NCBI GenBank assembly: GCA_964187785.1
Contig: OZ076409.1
Coordinates: 62,560,001 to 62,624,000 of the forward strand
Length of the DNA stretch: 64,000 bases
Direction: 5' to 3'
From: Amphiscolops sp. MND2022
Taxonomy: Eukaryota
In this document: in pieces, positions 23,199-33,773 of the stretch
Layout of the letters: each line of letters opens with the position of its first letter
How positions within the stretch are numbered: position 1 is the first letter of the stretch
Program-made: the position numbers and the translations under genes
Notes under the pieces: generated by a model
What the model saw: the letters and a program-made list of their open reading frames with translations, nothing else
What the model was told of the DNA's origin: nothing
The model's database searches: none

Positions 23199-26100
23199 TT
23201 AATGTTTACTAGAACCCTGCTGCAGCTCTTTAACGGTCTTCTCTATTTCCAAAGAAGGGATATTGCCAAAGTGGGCTAACTTGGAGGACTTCCCAGGAGA
23301 ACAGAACGGATTACCCACTTCACTTGCTTCAGAAGGCAAATCGAAATGGGCCTTCTTGACCCCCTCAGTATCAGTCCCGTGAATTTTGTGGGCTGCCAGA
23401 AGTTCCTTATGTATGGAGATCTGCCCAAATGAATCCACATGGGACCAAGGGTCCCCTGAGACATTGCCAGACGAGAATTTGGCATTCAAAAGATGGTAGC
23501 GCGTGAGAGCTGCTTCAGTAACACTGTAGGGAATGGCTCCGGGGACATGAGCTAAATATGACTGTGCCGGAAACAAAACATCTGATAGACGACAAAACGA
23601 ATCAGAGGAGTCCATATTGTGAAATTTGATGGCCGGCAACGGAACGCTAGCCTCAGTAAGACACATGCAGCTGAGGCGGAAAAGATGGAATAGGTGTGGA
23701 CGGGCGGTCAATGCAGGCATCCCGATCAGGAAGGCAGTCACATCGTGCACCAGCTCAGGGGAATTCATCAAGCTAGGGCAGGCATTGCGGAAATCGTCGA
23801 TGAATCCCACGTACTCATCACGGTAATCGGACTCAGAGTCCGCAGACACCCACCAGCTGGAACGTGTCAAACAACGAGGTAAAACAGAATAGGGCTTGCT
23901 CCATGGGCTGCGTTGACAGCACAGTCAAATCAAAAGCAGCCATCCCTCTCACAATATGGGCTGTAAGGCGAATATCGCCCAGGAGCGATTCGAGGATGTT
24001 GACGATGAAGGAGCGGGCCTGGCTAGCGAACATTTCCTTCATGTTTTTGGCTAGTTTCTCGAACGCCTGCGCTTGGTCCGACTTGGAGCTCAACTCCTTC
24101 TTGGCCTTCTGTTGACAAGCTTGGTCAATGTCTGTTTTTAACTTCAGTCGCAACAAGAAGTCCCGGCTGGAAAGTTGCCGTACCCCGTCTAATTGCAGTT
24201 GCAAAAGCCCAGACCAATCAGTGTCCGCGGGGGTGTGCTTGGGTAACAGGGCCCGTTGACATAATCTCCGTATGTATCGGCAGAGCTCTCCAAAGGTGAA
24301 AAATCCTGAGTCCCGTCGCTTGATGAGACTCCGTTCGAAGCACTTGGTGTCTAAACGGTCAAAAGACCCATTAGGCATACTATAGCCCAGTGCCGATTAA
24401 GGCCTATGGTTTTTGTTTGACAAACATGATGGAATGTGGGATATGTAAACGATCAAAAATTGTCATCAAAACTTGAAGGGAATATGGAAACAGAACTAAC
24501 AATCGCGGACTAGCCGTCCGAAGAATTCAACCTTCAGAGGAAACAGGTCGTCAGACAGAATGGTCCATTCCAAGCTCTGGGGCTGAAGCAAAACACGTAC
24601 CACTCTATAGAGCCGAAATGAAGACAAATAGGATCAATGTACTTTGCAGGACGATTACAAACTGGCAGGGAACTGCAAAAATGGAGCTGGGAGATACTAA
24701 CTTTTCCTTTGACTCCTTGCATGGCGTAGGATGGGGCTCTGCTGGTGAGGTAATCCAGAATGGCTTTCCAGTGCTGTATTAGCTCCGAGCAAATTGCAGG
24801 AATGTTACGTAGCTCAAAGGTGGAAGCTTCTATTGCCTATAATGGCATACAAACCATAAGGACCTATTTGAGGGTGAAAATTATACAGGGAGCAAAAGGT
24901 AGCCTACCTTTGTCAGCTCAGGCGATTCCAACGTCCAGGGCTCTGTCAAAATGCCGCTGAAGAACACGATCAAATATCGCAATTGTGAGAAAAAATCCAT
25001 TGGCCCAAAGACACTTCCTCCTTCTTTGTACATCAAGGCCTGCAGAGACAGCACGTCGAACCGAAATGGGTACTGGACCCCGCGTGAGAATAAACCACAA
25101 TTGTCCAAGGTCCGAACCAGAGAAGCGGGACAACCGGACACACTCACGAGGCCAGGCTTGAAAGAGATGACTGAAAGGAGTCGAGACAGTCCCGTAATGA
25201 AGTTGGAGGGAAACCCGGCAACCAAAGGACATCGAAACAACGGGACCCGTACCAAGGTGTTCTCTTTCCAAAAACGGACTGACATAGTTTGATTTCTTCC
25301 GGTTGCTTCAACTTCAAGGGCATACATGTCGTTCAGAGCAATGTGGTGAGACAGATCCTCAATGGCACAGGTAAAGATGTGATGAGATATCACCTAAACC
25401 AAAATGAAAGATCTTGTTAGCTATGGAAAAGCAGAACCTCATTTCAACCACCAAAAGAAAGAGACTTACGGTCATTGTGGCTGAACTCCAATCAAAAGGG
25501 GAGAACTGCTCTTTGTGGTTCATGTATTCCCCTACTTGGGACCACAGTGTTTGTAGCAGGGAGATGTTGCCATCGTAGGGAACAAAACTCCCAACGAGAG
25601 CTATTTGAACGCTGGCACGCTGGTCCTCTGTAGTCTGCTGTCCTTCCGAATTGGCCAAATATTCATCATAAAAGGGGTACCTCTCCCCCACGTCGACGAG
25701 TGGTGCATTTTCAAAGAGGGGTTTCTCTCGCTCAAGTTCCAAAGGAGTCAAGATTCGTCCGTCTTTTCCTCGGACCTGATGTCGAGTGATGCCAGTCACT
25801 TTATCTGTCACGCTTAAGTGTTCAAAGCGCCATCTCTGGTCTTTCCTCAGATGAGCCTCGCCTTGATAATGTCTGATGATTTCCCGCGCCCCTTTTGTCT
25901 TGATGGAAACATTGGCCTTACAAATTTGGCAATAGAACTTGTGTTGATTGTGGGAAGGATCCAAAGGCCCAGTCACGAAAGTTTTAGTCCATTTGATTCC
26001 TTTGAAGTAGGACTCCTTCATAACTTTCCCTGTTCGTCCGGACACCTTCTGGCGTTTTCGTGCTGGTTTAGTTGGGGTCTTGTTTCCTGTGGATTTGGGA

Positions 26101-27200
26101 AATAATGCGGCCAATGGGGCATAATCCTCGGCGCTGTACCCACTACCAGGACTTGTTGGCAACATTGGAGTAGCAGTTCTGGTCGGTTGAGATTGTGGTC
26201 TGAAGCTAGGCGAAGTTGGCGAGTAATTGTGCTCGATATGGAAATCTAAACTATCTAGAGCGTCATCTGAGTTGAGGGCACCACTTGTATAACTGCCGCT
26301 TGCACAGTCTTCTCCGCTGCTTTCTCCTTCAGAGCTAGATTGTTGTCCAGGGCCTGGAGTGCCGGCACGCCTTACATGGCGACAACGCTCTTTTGAGATG
26401 ACTTTTCCGTCAGCGGCTTGAAGGAGCAGGGATTTCATCAAATGGAATGATGAGAGGAGTGACTCGTCCGAGATGGTGCGGAGGACCGTATGCATCTGCC
26501 CTTCACTCAGGGCAATGACAGGTTGGCTAACGGGAATATTGATGGGTTTATTCTCCGTGAAGCATTTGCGTAAAGCTGCTCGCCCGGTGATGGAAAGTTG
26601 CCTGGGTGTAGCGGTAGCTTTGCTTGTGCTGGGTGGTTCATCTAGCAAATCGTCGCTGCTTGAATTCCCCCTCTTTGTTCCAGCGTCATCTCCTGAGGAT
26701 GGCGAGGGGACTGTGACGAAAATGTTGTTGGCGCCTTGTAGAGTAGTACCACTAACCCCTGATCCGTCAAGCAATTCCCCGAACTCGCTCGTGTCGGTAG
26801 AGTTTGGGCCCTGAACGAAGTGTCCAGGGGTATCCTCTAAATCCTCTCCTCCCAAATTGGTCTCTTCTACTGCATCTGTTGTCAGGGGAGGGCTGATCTC
26901 CATGAGGTCGGAAACTGACTCTTTTTGGGACAGTACATTATTTAGCTCGGCTTCAATTTGGTCAGCACTATTGGGAAGTGACTCGGAGGACTCGTTGTCT
27001 CTCTGGACAATGGTAGCCACGGTCCGCTCAGCGTAAGCACTCAGGCTTTCGGCATTGGACCCACTTGAATTCGACGAGGGAGATCGTCCAGTAGGGGCAT
27101 TTTCATTTGGAACAGCTTCTTTGGGGATTTCTGTCGCTGTTTGATTTTCGGTTGTTTCCTTGGTTGGGTTTCCAGGAGTTGTATCTTCATTGGACGACAT
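23199..27200 (-). CDS. Antisense 5-exon accessory gene (about 1190 aa) derived from a hAT transposase lacking catalytic residues; one frameshift near 23855
   Basis: Exons 27200-25470, 25393-24908, 24836-24702, 24582-24501 and 24350-23199 are joined in frame by four GT-AG introns. BED-like finger FYCQICK..RHYQGEAH; homologous C-terminus in element C. Confidence 0.8.
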
Positions 27201-28508
27201 GTCTAAATAGAAACAAATGAAGGTTAGCGGTGAACTTCCTGTATGAACCAATATTCCGCGTATGAAAGTCTTCCGGAAGCAGACTACGTTGAACACTTGT
27301 GAACACTTGTGTTATTTGGACAGGAAGTACGTGAATGGAATGAGAGCTCTGATCAAGCATTAATTTCAATTCAAAAAATATATTGGAACAAAAGGAAACT
27401 CAAGATCAACCGACTTACTTGGATTTTGATGTAGGAAGATGTTGAAGTTGTGTTGCGTGCAGATGGAAGCGGACGGGATGGCAGGGAGGACAGCTCTGGA
27501 CAAGTAGTTTGGCGATTGATGTCCACGAAGACACGGTGGCCAATTAAAATCTATGACGTTGGAAAACGCTGAGAAATTGGATTTCCTTGAGAGGAAGAAG
27601 AAGAAGGGGCAAAGAAGGATTGTGTTGGCTGAGAATGGCCTGAAGAGGGGCTAGAGGTCGTCTTTCCGAGGACAATCCAAAAATCCCACAAATGAGAAGA
27701 AAACGTAAAGGCAAATGCAACTAAATACGACTTGTGGACTAAAGCTAACTATGGATTAAATACGATGAAGAGTAAATGTGGTGGATAAATACAAGTAATA
27801 CAAAGGAGAAAAGAGTAATACAAATGGAATTGAGATGTAAAAGAATTTGAAGAGAATTGGCGATGTGACAATACGTCAAAGTTGGAGTTCGTGGCTATAC
27901 AGTTTGGTGTCAAATTTACAATTATGTACAATTCAAGTTATTATGTGGATATAGTCTGCCAGCAATATCTACATTATTTCATCTTATTTTGAAGAAAATT
28001 TCGTCATTCTACGAATTATTTCATGATTTTACCATTTCTTTATTTATTTTCAAGGTCATTTTATAATGTTCCTCATATGGATTCATGGCCTTGAAAACCC
28101 ATTTTGAGTTGAGAGAGAAATTACTGCTTTCCTATTGGCTATCTAGAACTAAGGCGGACGGCATGGCCTTCAGCTATATATTCACCCACTTGAAATTTTC
28201 AAGTAGTTCATGAGTGTTAATAAACACTCAAAGATGCTATTGATGGCTACTCGCCGCTCAGGAGAGCGGTAAAGATTATTAGGTGTCAACAAACGGGTGT
28301 CGGCTTGTCATCAAAAACATTGTGGCGTTGTTATTGAAGAATTTCCAAGGAGAGAGACGAGAAACCCGGGAAATCCACCAAACAAAGTCTGAAGGAAAAT
28401 CCGCTTGAAAATATTTCATTCAGACTTTTCTCTACTGCAAGAACTAGTTGGCTCTTGGAAATTGTTACTTTCAAAATTGCGAAGAAAATAATAAAAGAAA
28501 GATTTGAA

Positions 28509-29342
28509 ATGGACCAGCAAGAGTTATTTCCGGAAAGCACCTTATTTCCTATGGACTTCCAAGGCGCGGCACCGGGGGATGGTATAATTTACATCTCGAG
28601 CGATGAATCAATGGAGTGTCTAAGTACGAGTTCGGTGGAAGACCTGGACGACTTGTCAGAACCGGAAGACGACGAAGTCGCACTTTTGGCCCGATGTATA
28701 GAGAGGCAGATGGAAATTCCATCTACAAGCAAAGCAATCCCGGTTCCTGATAACGACACTGTTAAATACAAGAGGAAATGGACACCCAGGCCAATGCCCA
28801 CTCCAGAACCTACATTCAATGCTGGTTATTTTGACTTGGGCATGGGAAGGGGGCCAGTCCCGAGAGACAGCCGCCAGAAGAACAATCACCCGATTAATGT
28901 GTGCAGACAGTTGATACCGATGGTAGATACCCCGCTTTCGCCGCCACCGCAGGACAAATATCCAATGTACGACGAGCAAAACCCGGTGGGACAAACAGTA
29001 CTACTCAGCGAACAAGGGATGCAGAATTACTCCCATTTCAAAATGGCAGATGGAAGTCTTACACCGTACATAACAGGATGTACAGATTGCCTTGTGTGCG
29101 GCAAATCGGTGGAGCAGATTCAGGATGAGGCTGTGATTGACTATCTTCACAAGACGGCAGTTTACGGGGAACTACCAGAGCAATTCAACGCTAGGAGACT
29201 CGCTTTCCTGGAGGGAATGAAAGTCGGCTCTTTTATGTTGATTCCAGGGGGAGTGTCCCAGGCGGCCGCCTGTGATGGGAATCTGTATTCAATAAGCCAC
29301 AGCTACCAAAGAGCCCTGCCGAATACCCTCCCAATAAATTAA
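28509..29342 (+). CDS. Accessory ORF (277 aa from first ATG), acidic/Pro-rich with CTDCLVC cluster; reads through the PPT into the 3' LTR
   Basis: Open frame; the last 29 codons are conserved with synonymous changes and the same stop position in the element C LTR. Confidence 0.8.
   Translation: MDQQELFPESTLFPMDFQGAAPGDGIIYISSDESMECLSTSSVEDLDDLSEPEDDEVALLARCIERQMEIPSTSKAIPVPDNDTVKYKRKWTPRPMPTPEPTFNAGYFDLGMGRGPVPRDSRQKNNHPINVCRQLIPMVDTPLSPPPQDKYPMYDEQNPVGQTVLLSEQGMQNYSHFKMADGSLTPYITGCTDCLVCGKSVEQIQDEAVIDYLHKTAVYGELPEQFNARRLAFLEGMKVGSFMLIPGGVSQAAACDGNLYSISHSYQRALPNTLPIN
29246..29253 (+). other. Polypurine tract of element B
   Basis: AGGGGGAG abutting the TG of the 3' LTR. Confidence 0.8.
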
Positions 29343-30782
29343 AACTTGTTCGGAAAGTAATATTTCGATTGCTTAGTATTAGTTGATTTTATACTCAATG
29401 TAAAATGTTAGATGCTGTTACTATTCATATGTATATTAATGTACGGTGAATTTGAAATTGGACACCAAGGCGTACAGGCAAAGGAAACGAGTTCAAATGT
29501 TTTCTTGCCTGTCGCCTTGGACAAAGCATCCAATTTGAAATCAACCAATCAGAGAGCAGTATTTAGTTATGTACATGTACAGTTGCTATTAAACCAATGT
29601 GGCGGTATTAGTACTTGCGCCGTACTTGGCTTTCATTCTCACGGCTTGGAAATAAATAAAGGACAGCGTGTCCACTTTGACACAAGCCGACAATGCTGTT
29701 ATTTTAAATAGTTGAAAGCTGCTCTATTAGTTGCTATAATAAGACAGCGTGGATACTTGACCATTCCTGTACCTTGAAAGTACAGAAATTAAAATCTTGA
29801 TGCTTACTATTTTAGATACATTCTAGCTAATATGGCTAGAAAAGTCATGTTATAAAACATGATACATGAATTGTTGCTTTTACATGTTAATATATGTAAT
29901 TCTTGGCTGTTATTGTCATTGTAGCCATGGAGGCCGTATTAATATTCAGTCACCGCTAGCCCTTTGAAGTATATATTTAGTGTGTTGATGACATCACGGT
30001 GCTATTTTTAGCCGTTATGTTCTAAAAATAGATGCATGACACCCTGAAATTAGATCATCACCCCCGCCCTAACTATAAATACCCAGGACTAGCTGTCCTC
30101 AGGGACACAATTTGACAAGCGATATTATTATCAGTTTCACCTTTTTGATAATACTCAGATACAAATTATTAACCGTTCAGTTGTTAATAACCGATTACTA
30201 GAATAATTTAAATATTACCTCTAGTACAATCATTTATGCCTTCCACAAGAAGACAGAAAGCCAAGGCAAGAAAGTCTAGAGAAATGGACATGATGTCCGA
30301 TATAGACAACTTGGACGTAATGTTAGGTAATGGGAGTGAAAATCCTATTGAGAAAGAATTAGCAGATGCAATCGAACAGTCCTCTTTCCAGGGAGACTAC
30401 GAAGGAATTGAGTACCAAAGGAACAATTATAACGTTGTACAGGAAAATGAGCCAATGAGGCACGATGAAGTTAGACAGTCCTTCGAAACTTTTACAAATG
30501 AATTCAACCTCAGATTGTCTCAAGAAATGGATTCCATGATGTCCATGGTCCATAACCAGATAAACAGGGCAATTAGCACTGCTATATCAGAAAGGGTGAT
30601 CCCGGAGATCCAAAACATTGTGAGTTCAATGTCATCTTCAGGAAATAGGGACACTGAGGCCAGTATGTCCCCAGGTAGTCAAGAAAATAGGGAAAGTTCA
30701 TCCGGGTTGAAAACTAAAATAACGAAAAAGGACTCACGGTCCGTAGGTGATTTGAGAGACACCACGGGGCGTGGCTCTTACA
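29254..30782 (+). repeat. 3' LTR of element B
   Basis: Direct repeat of 15179-16707. Confidence 0.95.
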
Positions 30783-32516
30783 CCAAACTACGGACAATTG
30801 GACTGCATAATTAACACAATCATCTATCACGTTGAAAATCGAAGTAACAGTGACGAACAAAGTGACGTAACAAGCAACCGAAAGGTTCACGTTTCATTGT
30901 GATTGAGCTCAATCTAACGCATGCTTTGTCTATGATGGAGCCGGAGAACCCGTCGATTTTCAGTTGATCTTTAAATGAGTTAAAAAGTTTGTGGAAAACA
31001 AAGGGAACATGATTTAGTCCGATAACACGTTCTGACTCCGATATCAAGATTTTCTTCATTGAAAAAAAAACAATTTGGACAACTTTCAGTTGAAAAGTTG
31101 CCAATTGAAAAAGAAAAATTTGCCTTTGAAGTGCGTGAAGAAAAATTTTAGTTCACACTTGACACCCATTTGTGGGTGAGCAATGTGCTTTGACGCAAGC
31201 CATTTGCTCCAAATTTTCTCCAGGTAAGTTATACACCGTTGGGAACTGTCACTCAGCGATGACGCATCGAACTCTTCGCAATTTCCGTCTTCTTCCCCGG
31301 GTAAAGTAACATCGGAGTCACTGTCGTTCATTCTTCACAGAGTTTTTGAGTTTCACCCAGATTACAAACTTAAAAAACTCAAAGTCGACGGTATTTTATA
31401 TCACAGAACAACAAACGCATAAATGAAGCACGTTTTTTGAAGTCTGTAGGAAATGAAGGAGTATTCTGGGAAAGTAAGCTTCTAGTTTCTGGCTCATTGT
31501 TTGCCAAAAAGAAACTGGTTTAAACGGAATGGTTTTAACGGAATGGGAAATTGTTTCCAATTGAAACAATGTCTGGGGAATTCAAACTTTCTCAAGCAAG
31601 GTTTCATATATGGTCTCAAAAATTGTTTTAAACTGACGTTATTGTTATATGACTTGGCGAGGTTTGACTTTAAGAGAAGAAGGGAGCTTTACAGTTTTAA
31701 TTGGAAAAGTGAAAATTCTTCAACAAAGAATTTCATCTTGCAAAATAGTCATGGCATCAAGGTCTACTAGTTGACTGCTTTCGGTAGAAAGATCGTTATA
31801 TTTTCATTAGAAAGTAATCTGGGTACCTTTTATTTTTTTCGCGCAATTGGAAAAATGACTCCTTGTGATGTAATGATAAACAACACAGCAATAAAAAGTA
31901 CTAATTTAGTTAGAATGACTTATTAAACCCTTTTGGCGGTGTAACCAAAAGAAAAGTCACTGAAAATGTGAACAAACTGTCACTGCTTGTTATTGACTTT
32001 TGAAAACTTTGTCAACCACGTTTTTCGGTTGTTAACTCTTGATCACTGAAGAGTAAACATGTCAGATATACAAATGAGGTTGTCTTTTTTGAAATTTCTA
32101 GAAGATGTTTCAGCAAAAAGTCAATTTTTCTATAACTGTTCATATTCGATGTTCATTTTTAAATGTTTAAGATAATAATGTGATTCTAACGATGAACAAT
32201 TTATTGTTACTTTTTGCATTGCTTCCTGGAAAGAACTGCCCGAACATAAAATTAACTTAGAAAATAAGATAAAACTAGATCAGACCAAAGGGTCTTTTGT
32301 ATATTGATGCATTGGGATGTTTTTCATGAAATTTTGTGAATTATCTGGAATTGATTTTAGCAATCAGCAAAGTCGCAACTGAGTTTTTTCTATTCAATTC
32401 ATGTTGAAATGACGATCTCGAGAGTCCATCTTTGGTATTATTCCAATTTCTAACATTTTTAGTTGGAGCTTTAATAAAAGAAACGTGACTATTAAAGTGG
32501 CACTTCGTCGTGTTTT

Positions 32517-33261
32517 TTAGTCGCCCGCTTTTTGTGTAAACAAAAAATGCCCGACTTACAATGACTGTTTTCTGCAGGCTACAGAACTCGCACTGAGAGG
32601 TTCTTTCAAGCAAACAATCACTGGTGCTTTCAAAGGGTACCATCTTTGGTTACGATAGTTTTTAAAGCTTTTGTCGTAACTAGACAGACAACTCAAAGTT
32701 TTACTGGTTTTTTGACATTGTAAGCTTTTTCCCCAAAAAGTAATTGATATCGCCCAAGGGTCCTCTCTAATTATTATGATTTTGTGCAAAAAATGCATGA
32801 TTAAAAACCCGAAGGGTCCCCTCTTTTGCGTTTTGTGACACCGTGAGATTTTTCTGAAAAAACTGTTTGATCATGTGGAATTGTAGAGTTTTCTTAACGA
32901 TTATGCAAAAAACCTACGGCTTTTTCGACACTGTTCGACTTTTTTTCGATACATTTTTCATTTGGTCAAAGGGTACCACTTCACTCTAAAAAATGTTTTC
33001 ACGTCAAAAAAAAGTTTGGCGAGCCTAAAACCCTCTTTCGGCACTATAGGATTTTTGCCCGAGGAACAAACTTCAATTTTTTCAAATTCAATTTTTTGAT
33101 GTTCCAAGAAAAGCGGTTTTCGAGTCTTATGCGTAGCTCTTCGGGTATTTTTTGACGTTGTAAAATTGATAAAATTTTCACAATAGTGTCCCTTTGCATA
33201 TTTAAAAATCTTCATTTTTAACCTTGAGCGGGCGCCGGTTTGGGCCGTTCCCGGCTTGTTT
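32517..33261 (-). mobile_element. Helentron/DINE-like non-autonomous repeat, diverged copy
   Basis: Reverse complement of the AAACAAGCCGGGAACGGCCCAA start and of the terminal CGACTA hairpin. Confidence 0.5.
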
Positions 33262-33441
33262 TCTTTTTCTTTCCAAACCTGTCGAAGTGAGATTTTTCTG
33301 CCGAATGTAAAGAAAGTCGTGCTAACCTCTAAGCTAAGTAGAAAAAGTACCTTCCAGCTTTCCGCCAGCTAGTAGCTATTTACAAAACTGTCTTCAAAAA
33401 ATGCTGCACCAAAACTCTGATTTTTGATTGAGAAAAACGAA

Positions 33442-33773
33442 AAACAAGCCTGGAACGGCCAAAGTCGGTGCTATACCTAAGGCTCAAAAATCGCACACTT
33501 TAAAAAATATGCTCAGGACATTTTTCAAGAAAAGCTCGGAAAAAAGCTTCGAAACACCCAAAGGGTGCCTTTAGTGCTCGGAAAACGCTTCAAAACGATA
33601 TAGCGTGCTGAGACAAATGCCAGCGTTTTTTTCCAATCATACAAATGGGAGCGCTTGTTTTGGAACCTCTGCCTCTTCCTTAGTAAAACGCAATATAGTT
33701 CGGATACAACGTCAAAAAATTGGACCTTACGGGTATATAACAAAACTACCCACTGTTCAAAAGCGCCGACTAA
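33442..33773 (+). mobile_element. Helentron/DINE-like non-autonomous repeat
   Basis: AAACAAGCCTGGAACGGCCAAAGTCGG start and AAGCGCCGACTAA end. Confidence 0.55.

Larger units (their letters stand above)
15179..30782 (+). mobile_element. Complete 15.6-kb Ty3/Gypsy LTR retrotransposon with accessory genes (element B)
   Basis: 1529-bp near-identical LTRs (TGT...ACA), 5-bp TSD CCAAA at 15174-15178 and 30783-30787, PBS, PPT, gag/pol. Confidence 0.96.

Noticed and set aside
23199..29342. Accessory region of B as an env gene
   Set aside because: No signal peptide, furin site or transmembrane anchor seen; the main gene is antisense and looks nuclear
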